From Gloeobacterales cyanobacterium (GTDB lineage Bacteria > Cyanobacteriota > Cyanobacteriia > Gloeobacterales > PMM-0068): DNA of 64,000 nucleotides. The position numbers were made by a program, and so were the translations under genes. The first letter of the stretch is position 1. Every line of letters begins with the position of its first letter. The notes beneath the pieces were generated by a model that worked only from the letters and a program-made list of their open reading frames with translations, made no database searches and was not told the origin of the DNA. Location of the stretch: NCBI GenBank assembly GCA_038245785.1, contig JBBRSB010000018.1, positions 1 to 64,000 on the forward strand. The letters run 5' to 3'. Below are positions 50,364 to 59,394 of this stretch, piece after piece.

Positions 50364-51686
50364 TTACTTACTGCTTGTTTCTAACTCTTTAGGCAGGTCT
50401 ACAAATACCCGTTCACCAGGTTTTACTCCTTTAAGAATCTGCGTTTGATTACCAATACTGGAACCCAGGGTGACGGGCCGGAATTGGGCTTTCCCTTTTA
50501 AATCGGGAATCATTACTCCGGTTTGCCCTTGCTGGGTAACCACAGCCACCGTAGGAATGACCAAAGAATGATTTAACTGTTTACCAAGAAACGTGGCATC
50601 CACATTCATGTGTGAGCGCAACAAGACAAGACCTGTTTTAATCGTTACCCGCACTTCAAAGGAGGTGACATCCTGTTGAACTACGGCCTCTGGTGCAATC
50701 AGCCGGACTTGTCCCCGAAACGTTTTATCTGGATAGGAATCCGCCACAATTTCCACAGGCTGACCAAGCTTGACTTGACTAAGATCTACCTCAGGCACCT
50801 TGGCTAGGACTTCTAGACCATTGGCGATGGCAACAATCGAGGTTGAAGTGGCCGAAGAAGTGCTGGAAGCGGTTGTGGTTGGGGTGACGAAAGCGCCAAC
50901 TGTGGCATATTTCTGGGTCACCACTCCGGAGAAAGGGGCACGGACTAAAGTATCTTCCTGCTGTACTTCGATAGCCTGTAATCGCCCCTTAGCTTCAGCA
51001 ACAGCGGCGGCAGCTTGAGCAATTTGTTCTGGTCGCGTGCCCTTGCGCAACAGCTGTAAACGCTGCTCTGCCTCACGCACACTGGCCTGGGCGCGCTCCA
51101 GTCCTGCTCTCGCCGTTCGCTCTTCATTGAGCACGGCATCTAATTGGTCACGGGAAATAGCACCCTCTGAAGCCAGTGCTTGGTTCCGGTTGACCCGTTC
51201 ACGGGCTAAATTCAAACGAGCTTGAGCATCGGCCACTTGCGCTTGATTTTGAACTACATTTGCCTGAGCTTGCTCGATTTCCTCAGGCCGATTCCCCACC
51301 TGCAGTTCTTCTAAACGAGCCTGGACCTGAGCGATATTTGCCTTTGCTTGCACCCGTTGCGCCTCAATGTCTCTGCTCTCCATTCGGGCAATCACTTCCC
51401 CCGACTTCACCTTGTCCCCTTGCTCCACATATAGCTGGGCAATACGACCCGACGTTTTGGGACTCAAGTTCACAGTCTGAATGGGAACGACCGTGCCACT
51501 TTCGGTAATCCGTACCGCTAAGTTCTTCTCCTGCACTGGAACGGTTAGCGCATTGATATCTAGGGGCGCAGTGGCCCTAAGCACAGCCAAGTAAATCGCT
51601 ATCGATAATCCCGACAGCCCAACTAGCGCCAAGGCAATCAACCAGAGGGTCGATTTACTGACTTTGCCTATAAGAGGAAGTTGCAT
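50364..51686 (-). CDS. Efflux periplasmic adaptor (MFP, HlyD/MacA family)
   Basis: N-terminal TM, lipoyl-like VNLSPK.SGRI...V.QGD.V, long coiled coil, RAPFSG.V. Confidence 0.93.
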   Translation of the reverse strand: MQLPLIGKVSKSTLWLIALALVGLSGLSIAIYLAVLRATAPLDINALTVPVQEKNLAVRITESGTVVPIQTVNLSPKTSGRIAQLYVEQGDKVKSGEVIARMESRDIEAQRVQAKANIAQVQARLEELQVGNRPEEIEQAQANVVQNQAQVADAQARLNLARERVNRNQALASEGAISRDQLDAVLNEERTARAGLERAQASVREAEQRLQLLRKGTRPEQIAQAAAAVAEAKGRLQAIEVQQEDTLVRAPFSGVVTQKYATVGAFVTPTTTASSTSSATSTSIVAIANGLEVLAKVPEVDLSQVKLGQPVEIVADSYPDKTFRGQVRLIAPEAVVQQDVTSFEVRVTIKTGLVLLRSHMNVDATFLGKQLNHSLVIPTVAVVTQQGQTGVMIPDLKGKAQFRPVTLGSSIGNQTQILKGVKPGERVFVDLPKELETSSK

Positions 51687-51749
51687 TGGAGGAGCAATCC
51701 TAAAATCAGGGAAATCTTTGCCTAGAGATATTCCCTCTTATGTAAGTTC

Positions 51750-51782
51750 AGACTAGATCTCAAAATTGAAGAACTTGTGAGG
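51750..51782 (-). promoter_or_regulatory. CCTCA direct-repeat box + -10 (copy 6)
   Basis: Minus strand: CCTCA caagtt CTTCA attttgagatc TAGTCT, upstream of the efflux operon. Confidence 0.78.
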
Positions 51783-51862
51783 AAGACTGCTAGGATTTCG
51801 GCTCATTATTGGGTATGAATTTGGTATAACTGAGGAGTAACAAGTACTTGAGGAGCCTGGTT

Positions 51863-52099
51863 GTGAAAACTGCTATTTCTCTTCCAGACCCAGTTTTTGA
51901 GGAAGCAGAAGCACTTGCTCAACAGTTGGGAATGTCCCGGAGTGAACTTTATGCTGAAGCATTGAAAGCATATTTGCGTCGACATAACCGAGAGCAAATT
52001 CTAGCAAAACTGAACGAGGTTTACGCTAATGAGTCATCAGAATTAGATCCGGTTATGGCAAAAATGCAGTTCATCTCTCTACCACATGAGGATTGGTAG
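51863..52099 (+). CDS. RHH antitoxin (ChpI-like)
   Basis: KTAISLPD.VFEEAE.LA..LGMSRSELY; GTG at 51863 behind GAGGAG. Confidence 0.88.
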   Translation: MKTAISLPDPVFEEAEALAQQLGMSRSELYAEALKAYLRRHNREQILAKLNEVYANESSELDPVMAKMQFISLPHEDW

Positions 52100-52440
52100 T
52101 GTATCGCGGAGAGATTTGGTGGGCAAACCTCCCCGAACTAGAAGGTTCTGCACCTGGCTATCGTAGACCTGTCCTGATTATTCAGGATGATATATTTATA
52201 CAAAGTCGTCTTAGAACGGTAATTGTCATCATTATCACCTCTAACCTTGAACTTGCAAACGCACCGGGAAATGTTCTATTACTGGGTAATGCAACGGGTC
52301 TATCAAGAAGTTCAGTTGCACATGTCTCCCAAATATTTACCGTAGACAAAACATTTTTAACTGAGCGTATTGGTTCATTACCAGCAAGTTCACAAGACGA
52401 AGTGGATGAAGGTTTGCGGACAATTTTGTATCTACAATAA
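52093..52440 (+). CDS. MazF/PemK family toxin
   Basis: RGEIWWANL...GS.PGYRRPVLIIQ.D, ITSN...A..PGNV, SQI.TVDK..L.E.IG. Confidence 0.92.
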   Translation: MVVYRGEIWWANLPELEGSAPGYRRPVLIIQDDIFIQSRLRTVIVIIITSNLELANAPGNVLLLGNATGLSRSSVAHVSQIFTVDKTFLTERIGSLPASSQDEVDEGLRTILYLQ

Positions 52441-52468
52441 ATATTAGTTAATGGTTGTGTCCAAAGCC

Positions 52469-52744
52469 ATGTAAACAAAAATAACGCTGAGAATTGATAA
52501 GGCGCTGGTTGAGAAAGCCAAGCGACTGGCGGCTGCCCAAGGAATGAGCGTATCAAAAATGGTTGCCCGCTTGATCGAAGTGATGCCGGAATCTGAAGGG
52601 CAGTATGAGAGCCGAGAACAAGATTTAGACCCGTGGACGCGCAGCCTCATTGGAATGCTGAATACTGATAAGACCAACCCACCGCTGACCAACGAACAAT
52701 CGAAAGAGCAGTACTATCAATATCTTGAGGAAAAGTATCGTTGA
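52469..52744 (+). pseudogene. DUF6364-type RHH antitoxin with stop at codon 2; partner toxin absent
   Basis: ATG TAA ACA AAA ATA ACG CTG AGA = M*TKITLRIDKALVEKAKRLAAAQGMSVSKMV...YYQYLEEKYR. Confidence 0.75.
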
Positions 52745-52761
52745 GATCCCCGCTTTTTGAG

Positions 52762-53367
52762 TTAGCCTTTTCTGGAAACAGCCGAACAATTGCGTAGATA
52801 CCAGCGCCAGGGTAAATCAGTGCCTTTCGTCAAGCCAATTCGAATTGTTTGCGCAATCGTCAATGTGCCCTTCTCTGTCTGCTGCTGAAAATTAGCGTGG
52901 CGATGCTCAAGCCATAAGGGACAATTTGGCTCTAGCGTTGTTGCATTCAAAGACAAATCAATTTTAAGCGCGCGACAGAGTTTTCCTGGTCCTGCGGCAA
53001 TGCGAGCAGGTTTGGGTTCCTTCTGTGGATCGATCCATGCGGGGACAGAATCAAGTTGGAGTGCGCGAATCAGAACAGCGCTGGGAGTTCCCTCTTGATC
53101 AGTAACGATGTTTAAACAGTGGTAGACGCCATAGATAAAGTAAACGTAGGCTGTTCCAGCGGGACCAAACAAAGCGCCGTTCCGCTGGGTGCGGCTACGG
53201 TACGCGTGCATCGCCGGATCGCCGTGCATGTAAGCTTCCGTCTCTACAATCAGTCCTCTCACAATGGTTTCGTCCGGGAACCTACGAACGAGCGTGCAGC
53301 CGATCAGTTCTGGCGCAACGGCTGTAGACAAGCGATTTAACCAGGATGGAGCAATGGGAGCGATCAC
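52762..53367 (-). CDS. DNA-3-methyladenine glycosylase (MPG/AAG family)
   Basis: GLIVETEAY, AYVYFIYGVYHCLNIV, AVLIRAL, GPGKLC, RIG, WRWY. Confidence 0.95.
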   Translation of the reverse strand: MIAPIAPSWLNRLSTAVAPELIGCTLVRRFPDETIVRGLIVETEAYMHGDPAMHAYRSRTQRNGALFGPAGTAYVYFIYGVYHCLNIVTDQEGTPSAVLIRALQLDSVPAWIDPQKEPKPARIAAGPGKLCRALKIDLSLNATTLEPNCPLWLEHRHANFQQQTEKGTLTIAQTIRIGLTKGTDLPWRWYLRNCSAVSRKG

Positions 53368-53601
53368 GGGGATCTCAGCAAAGTAGAGATTTTTAGATTA
53401 AATCAAGTGGAAGTTAATTTCGTCTTTTAGCTACTGCTCATGAGCAGTAGCGGGATCACCAAAGTTTCTACGCTGTATGTTTTTGAGGAGAAATCATACT
53501 TATTTTTCGTGGCAAAGCGCATCTGGACTGAGGTTCTAAGCGCGCGTAGAATAGAAGGTAGGAATAGTGTTCACCTGATGTGGACGCGAGGAGAATACCC
53601 T

Positions 53602-54738
53602 ATGACCGACACCCCTTTGCTTAAATTGCAAGACTATGGCCAAAGCGTCTGGTTAGATTATCTTAGACGTAGCTTGGTCACTTCTGGGGAATTGGCTCAA
53701 AAAATTGAGAACGATGGACTGCGTGGGTTGACCTCTAACCCAGCCATTTTTAAGGAAGCGATTGTGGGCAGCCCTGATTACGATGATGCAATTCGGGAAC
53801 TAACGGCCCAAGGTTTAAAAGAAGACGCCATTTACGAAACGATGTCTGTTGAAGACATCCAAGGCGCAGCTGACGCCTTTCGGCCTCTCTATGACCGCTT
53901 AGATGGTAAAGATGGCTTTGTCAGTCTCGAAGTCTCTCCGTATTTGGCGAGGGATACGGCTGGAACGGTCGCTGAAGCTAAGCATCTCTGGCAAAAAGTT
54001 AATCGCCCCAATCTAATGATCAAGGTACCCGGAACTCCTGAAGGATTACCCGCCATCCAAGAACTGATTGGCGAAGGCATCAATGTTAACGTCACGCTTC
54101 TGTTCTCACGGGAAGCCTACAGAGGCTGTGCCGAAGCCTACATCGCTGGGTTGGAAGCCTACCATGCTAAGGGCGGAAATCTAAGCCGAGTGGCGAGTGT
54201 AGCCAGTTTCTTCCTCAGCCGCATTGATAGTTTGATCGATTCCAAACTAGAAGCTTTGATTGCCAAAGCAACGGACCCGGCAGAAGTAGAGAAGCTCCAT
54301 GGACTGATGGGAAGCGTGGCGATTGCCAATGCCAAACTGGCCTATCAGGACTACAAAGAACTCTTCACCAGTGAACGGTTCAAAGTGCTTGCTCAAGCAG
54401 GAGCTTTTCCTCAAAGACTCTTGTGGGCTAGTACAGGCACCAAAAACCCCCATTACCGGGATGTGCGCTACGTAGAAGAGCTGGTTGGGCCTAATACCGT
54501 CAATACGATGCCCGTCTCAACCCTCAATGCCTGTGCAGATCACTGTGAGCTGCGTTCTAGCTTAGAAGAAAATCTAGAGCAAGCTCAAAACTCTCTAACA
54601 GACCTGGAATCTGTGGGCATTAGCTTAGACCAAATTACCCTGGACCTTCTGGTAGATGGTTTGAGCAAATTCACAGGTCCTTTTGATGAATTGCTCCTAA
54701 GCATCCGCAATAAGCGGGCGCTCGTGGCCAGTCCTTAG
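53602..54738 (+). CDS. tal: Transaldolase
   Basis: GQSVWLD, GLTSNPAIF, SLEVSP, MIKVP, NVTLLFS, LWASTGTK; ATG 53602 behind GAGGAG. Confidence 0.95.
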   Translation: MTDTPLLKLQDYGQSVWLDYLRRSLVTSGELAQKIENDGLRGLTSNPAIFKEAIVGSPDYDDAIRELTAQGLKEDAIYETMSVEDIQGAADAFRPLYDRLDGKDGFVSLEVSPYLARDTAGTVAEAKHLWQKVNRPNLMIKVPGTPEGLPAIQELIGEGINVNVTLLFSREAYRGCAEAYIAGLEAYHAKGGNLSRVASVASFFLSRIDSLIDSKLEALIAKATDPAEVEKLHGLMGSVAIANAKLAYQDYKELFTSERFKVLAQAGAFPQRLLWASTGTKNPHYRDVRYVEELVGPNTVNTMPVSTLNACADHCELRSSLEENLEQAQNSLTDLESVGISLDQITLDLLVDGLSKFTGPFDELLLSIRNKRALVASP

Positions 54739-54794
54739 GCTGATTAGGTTCACTTCAGGTTCATTTCGTCGTACTTAATCTATGGGAAACCTCT

Positions 54795-56204
54795 ATGTCT
54801 AAACCGAGTATTGGTCTGATTGGTTTGGCCGTGATGGGAGAAAACCTGGCGCTCAATATTGAGAGTCGGGGCTTTCCGATTGCTGTATATAACCGCACCA
54901 CTTCCGTCACGGAGAAATTTTTAGCAACCCGTGCTAAGGGTAAGCAATTTTACGGCTCCTCCACCCTGGAAGAATTTGTCGAGAGTATGGAATCTCCCCG
55001 CAAAATCATCATCCTGGTCAAAGCTGGTGCTCCGGTAGATGCGGTGATCGACCAACTCAAGCCACTCCTGAGTCCTGGAGACATCATCATTGATGGTGGC
55101 AACTCTCTCTATGAAGACACCGAACGCCGGGCCGTTGCCATAGAAGCCTCAGGCTTGCGGTTTATGGGCATGGGCGTTAGCGGAGGGGAAGAAGGGGCTC
55201 TAAACGGTCCCTCTTTGATGCCTGGTGGCCCGAAAGAAGGCTACGAAGAAATGGCACCGATTCTTACCAAGATTGCCGCTCAAGTAGATGATGGTCCTTG
55301 CGTGACCTACATTGGTCCTCGCGGAGCGGGTCATTACGTGAAGATGGTCCACAACGGTATTGAGTATGGAGACATGCAGCTGATTGCTGAAGCCTATGAC
55401 TTACTAAGAAGAGTCTTGGGTCTAAACGCCGGAGAATTGCACGAAGTTTTCACTGAGTGGAATAAGACCGAGCTGGAATCCTACCTGATTGAAATCACCG
55501 CCGACATTTTCACCAAGATGGATGACCAGACAGGCAAGCCTTTGGTGGACATGGTCATGGATAAAGCGGCTCAAAAAGGGACCGGCAAGTGGACGATCAT
55601 GAGTGCCCTAGACCTGGGAATCCCGATTCCGACTATGGATGCAGCCGTGAATGCTCGAATCTTGTCTTCCCAGAAAGACCAACGGGTGGCGGCATCTGCC
55701 ATGCTCAAAGGGCCGGAAGTAGCCTTTACAGGTGACCGTCAGGTCTTTATCAATGCTGTACGCGATGCCCTCTACTGCTCGAAGATCTGTTCTTATGCTC
55801 AGGGAATGGCCCTGATCAAAGCGGCTTCCGATTCTTTTGAGTACAACCTGAACTTGGGAGAAATTGCCCGGATCTGGAAGGGAGGATGCATCATCCGCGC
55901 AGGTTTCTTAGACAAGATTAAGCTGGCTTTTCAGAAGAATCCTCAGCTCGCTAACCTTCTTTTGGATGATAGCTTCCGAGGAGATATTGAGCAAAAGCAA
56001 AAAGGTTGGCGCTATGTCGTTGAAACGGCAGCTACCCAGGGCGTACCGATCTATGCCCTGGGCGCTTCCCTAGCCTATTTCGATGCCTATCGTCAGGCCA
56101 ACCTACCCCAAAATCTGACCCAGGCCCAGCGTGATTACTTTGGCGCGCATACCTATGAGCGCATTGACCAACCAGGGTCCTTCCATACGGAATGGGCAGA
56201 ATAA
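54795..56204 (+). CDS. gndA: NADP-dependent 6-phosphogluconate dehydrogenase
   Basis: GLAVMGENLA, GVSGGEEGA, KMVHNGIEYGDMQ, QRDYFGAHTY. Confidence 0.98.
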   Translation: MSKPSIGLIGLAVMGENLALNIESRGFPIAVYNRTTSVTEKFLATRAKGKQFYGSSTLEEFVESMESPRKIIILVKAGAPVDAVIDQLKPLLSPGDIIIDGGNSLYEDTERRAVAIEASGLRFMGMGVSGGEEGALNGPSLMPGGPKEGYEEMAPILTKIAAQVDDGPCVTYIGPRGAGHYVKMVHNGIEYGDMQLIAEAYDLLRRVLGLNAGELHEVFTEWNKTELESYLIEITADIFTKMDDQTGKPLVDMVMDKAAQKGTGKWTIMSALDLGIPIPTMDAAVNARILSSQKDQRVAASAMLKGPEVAFTGDRQVFINAVRDALYCSKICSYAQGMALIKAASDSFEYNLNLGEIARIWKGGCIIRAGFLDKIKLAFQKNPQLANLLLDDSFRGDIEQKQKGWRYVVETAATQGVPIYALGASLAYFDAYRQANLPQNLTQAQRDYFGAHTYERIDQPGSFHTEWAE

Positions 56205-56207
56205 TGC

Positions 56208-56294
56208 CCTCACCCCTCATCCCATCTTCCATGCGGCATAAGGTGACATTCCCCTCTCCCGAGGGAGAGGGGTGCCCGTAGGGCGGGGTGAGGG
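56208..56294. repeat. Nested palindromic intergenic repeat (CCCTCACCCC...CCCCTCTCCC-GA-GGGAGAGGGG...GGGGTGAGGG)
   Basis: Outer ccctcacccc/ggggtgaggg and inner cccctctccc/gggagagggg inverted repeats between gnd and prlC. Confidence 0.75.
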
Positions 56295-56351
56295 TGAGAT
56301 ACTATCAAGATATAACCCCATATGGCATGCCCTTTTTTAGAGGATCTCCCT

Positions 56352-58457
56352 GTGAACACTGCAACAATCCTGAATAATCCTCTACTCCTCGGTCAAGGAC
56401 TGCCCCCTTTTGATACCATCACGCCGGAACATGTTGTACCAGGCATCACACAGTTACTTTCTGAATTAGATAGTGAGCTGACCAAACTGGAATCAGAAGT
56501 GGTACCAACCTGGCAAGGCTTGGTGGAACCGCTAGACCGTATTACAGAACGATTGACATGGAGCTGGGGTGCCGCAGGACATCTGATGGGCGTCAAGAAT
56601 AGCCCGGAATTGCGGGAAGCCTACCAAGCGATGGAACCGCTCGTGGTCCAATTCGCGAGCAAATTGGGGCAGAGCAAGCCTCTTTATCGAGCCTTTAAAG
56701 CGATGATGGAAGGAGAGCCTTGGGCAACGCTGGATGAAGGTCAAAAGCGGCTTGTAGAGGCGGCGATCAAAGAGGCACAACTTTCTGGGGTGGGACTGGA
56801 AGGGGAAGAGCGGGAACGGTTTAATGCTATTCAGATGGAGCTGGCTGAGCTGGCGACTAAATTTTCTAACCATGTGTTGGATGCGACTAAAGCTTTTGGT
56901 ATGACCCTGACGACCAAGGAAGAAGTGGATGGCCTACCGCCGAGTTTGCTTAGTCTGACGGCTCAGATCGCTCGGGCCTCCGGCGAGACCCTGTTAGAGA
57001 ACGCCACGCCGGAAGCAGGTCCCTGGCGCATTACGCTGGACGCTCCTAGCTATGGTCCTTTTTTACAGCACAGCACGCGACGGGATTTGCGAGAAAAAAT
57101 CTATCGGGCTCTGATCAGCCGAGCCTCTTCCGGGGATTTGGACAATAGCCCTTTGATTGATCAGATCCTAACTTTGCGTAAAGAAAAGGCGAATCTGCTT
57201 GGGTTTGATAATTTTGCGGCGCTGAGTCTCGCCAGTAAAATGGCTCCATCAGTAGAAGCAGTGGAAAAACTACTGGAAGAGCTACGGGTGGCGAGCTTTG
57301 ATGCAGCCACCGAAGAATTGCAAGAGTTAAAAGCGTTTGCTAAAGCCAAGGGCTTCCAAGACGAACTGCTGCACTGGGATATGGGCTTCTGGTCAGAGCG
57401 TCAACGGGAAGAAAAGTTTGCCTTTAATGATGAAGAGCTACGGCCCTATTTTCCGCTGGCTCAAGTTTTGGATGGTCTATTCGATCTCAGCCACCGCATT
57501 TTTGGCGTAACGGTGAAGGCTGCAGACGGTCAAGCGCCTGTTTGGCATGAAGATATACGTTATTTCCAAATCGCTGATGCCTCTGGTAGAGCGATTGCCT
57601 ACTTCTATCTTGACCCCTATAGCCGTCCTGCGGAGAAACGGGGGGGAGCCTGGATGGATGTCTGCATCAACCGTGGCAAAATCACCCACGAGGGCGTCAC
57701 CGTCACCCGTTTGCCCGTTGCCTATTTGGTCTGTAACCAGACCCCTCCTGTAGACGGCAAGCCGAGCCTGATGAATTTCCGGGAAGTGGAAACGCTATTT
57801 CATGAGTTTGGTCATGGTCTGCAACATATGCTGACGACGGTGGATTACAGCGGAGTGGCTGGTATCAACAATGTGGAATGGGATGCAGTGGAACTGCCCA
57901 GCCAGTTTATGGAAAATTGGTGCTACGACCGGGCGACTTTACTGAGCTTGGGCAAACACTATGAAACAGGAGAATCTTTGCCGGAGCATTATTACCAGAA
58001 GCTCCTGGCTGCTCGAAACTACATGAGTGGCAGTGCCATGCTCCGACAGGTCCACTTTAGCCTGGTAGACCTGGAACTCCATAACCGCTATCAGCCTGGA
58101 GGTTCTGAGTCTGTCCGTGGTTTGCGCAATCGGATTGCCCAAACCACTACGGTTCTACAGCCTCTACCTGAAGATGCTTTCCTCTGCTCCTTTGGCCATA
58201 TCTTCGCCGGAGGCTATGCGGCGGGCTACTACAGCTACAAATGGGCGGAAGTACTCAGCGCTGATGCTTTTGCGGCCTTTGAAGATGCTGGTTTAGAAGA
58301 CGAGGAGGCCGTAGCCGCCACGGGTCAACTCTTCCGCGATACAGTTCTTGCTTTGGGCGGTAGTAAGCACCCGATGGAAGTCTTCAAGAAATTCCGGGGT
58401 CGTGAGCCGAGTACAGAGCCTCTGCTTCGTCACAGTGGTTTGGTAATAGCTTCTTGA
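56352..58457 (+). CDS. prlC: Oligopeptidase A (M3A peptidase)
   Basis: NPLL...LPPF, KRGGAWM, HEFGHGLQH, WDAVELPSQFME, GGYAAGYYSYKWAEVL. Confidence 0.96.
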   Translation: MNTATILNNPLLLGQGLPPFDTITPEHVVPGITQLLSELDSELTKLESEVVPTWQGLVEPLDRITERLTWSWGAAGHLMGVKNSPELREAYQAMEPLVVQFASKLGQSKPLYRAFKAMMEGEPWATLDEGQKRLVEAAIKEAQLSGVGLEGEERERFNAIQMELAELATKFSNHVLDATKAFGMTLTTKEEVDGLPPSLLSLTAQIARASGETLLENATPEAGPWRITLDAPSYGPFLQHSTRRDLREKIYRALISRASSGDLDNSPLIDQILTLRKEKANLLGFDNFAALSLASKMAPSVEAVEKLLEELRVASFDAATEELQELKAFAKAKGFQDELLHWDMGFWSERQREEKFAFNDEELRPYFPLAQVLDGLFDLSHRIFGVTVKAADGQAPVWHEDIRYFQIADASGRAIAYFYLDPYSRPAEKRGGAWMDVCINRGKITHEGVTVTRLPVAYLVCNQTPPVDGKPSLMNFREVETLFHEFGHGLQHMLTTVDYSGVAGINNVEWDAVELPSQFMENWCYDRATLLSLGKHYETGESLPEHYYQKLLAARNYMSGSAMLRQVHFSLVDLELHNRYQPGGSESVRGLRNRIAQTTTVLQPLPEDAFLCSFGHIFAGGYAAGYYSYKWAEVLSADAFAAFEDAGLEDEEAVAATGQLFRDTVLALGGSKHPMEVFKKFRGREPSTEPLLRHSGLVIAS

Positions 58458-58545
58458 AGCGTTAAACCTGAATTATGCAGCAAATAGCAAATAGTGGGTT
58501 GCGTAGGCTAACGATGTTTCTGAGGCCCCATAAGGAGGGTACACG

Positions 58546-58674
58546 ATGACCTTTGAATTGTTTAGTCACGCAGTCAGTGAAATGATTGCTGTTTTGGTCG
58601 TATCAGAAGCTCAAATAGAGCCGTTGCTCAATAGTGAAGTGATGCACATTAGGGTCCTAGATGAAGCAGTGTGA
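58546..58674 (+). pseudogene. Internally deleted DUF4926-like remnant
   Basis: AAGGAGG RBS; MTFELFS|HAVSEMIAVLVVSEAQIEPL...EVMHIR keeps the family's ends but lacks the middle (recalled from memory of the family). Confidence 0.5.
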
Positions 58675-58769
58675 CACTCCAGCGGTCTCAGAGTTCACAC
58701 AATAGGCCCTGAGTAGAACGAGAAGTCCTTCAGCGGTTCAGTGAGCGATAATAGTTAGTACCTTTTGAT

Positions 58770-59003
58770 ATGAGTACTTTAGCGATGACTGACTTACTGG
58801 AACAGGCGATTGCTCGATTGAAGACTATACCAGCCAGTGATCAGGATGCAATTGCTGCACTGATTTTGGAAGAACTTGAAGATGAAGCCCGATGGGATGC
58901 AAGCTTTGCAAAGTCTCAAGATGCCCTTGCCAAGTTTGCCTCTGAGGCAATGGCTGAGTACCGTACAGGTAAAACCCAAGCGTTAGATCCAGAGACGTTG
59001 TGA
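58770..59003 (+). CDS. Putative antitoxin
   Basis: LLEQAI......QDAIAALILEELEDEARWD..FAKSQD.LAK.A.EA; overlaps a RelE/ParE-like gene. Confidence 0.8.
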   Translation: MSTLAMTDLLEQAIARLKTIPASDQDAIAALILEELEDEARWDASFAKSQDALAKFASEAMAEYRTGKTQALDPETL

Positions 59004-59269
59004 AGTCACGTACTACTCTCCAATTCCGTAAAGCGCTTGAGAGACTACCTGAGCAAGTTCAAGAGCAGGCACGCGGAGCATATCGCCAATTCATACAAGA
59101 TCCTAGTCATCCAAGTTTACGCTTCAAAAAAGTGCATCCAGAATTACCAGTTTATTCCGCTCGGATCAGTAAAAGTTATCGAGCAGTGGGACAGCTAGAT
59201 GGAGATACTGTCGTTTGGTTTTGGGTCGGTTCACATGCAGAATACGACAGGTTAATCTCTCAGTTATAG
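59000..59269 (+). CDS. ParE/RelE-like toxin
   Basis: FRKAL..LP..VQ.QAR.AY..F..DP.HPSLRFKKV...SARI...YRAVG...WFWVGSHAEYD. Confidence 0.85.
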   Translation: MKSRTTLQFRKALERLPEQVQEQARGAYRQFIQDPSHPSLRFKKVHPELPVYSARISKSYRAVGQLDGDTVVWFWVGSHAEYDRLISQL

Positions 59270-59394
59270 CGCAAGCAACTAACCAGTACGTTGCAGCGGA
59301 TGAAGCAAAGAATAACAGAGCAAAACTTGATCAGAAGACTTCTTAAATTGAGCTCAATTGGAGAAACTATCCTCAACGGTTGAAGGCAGTGGGC

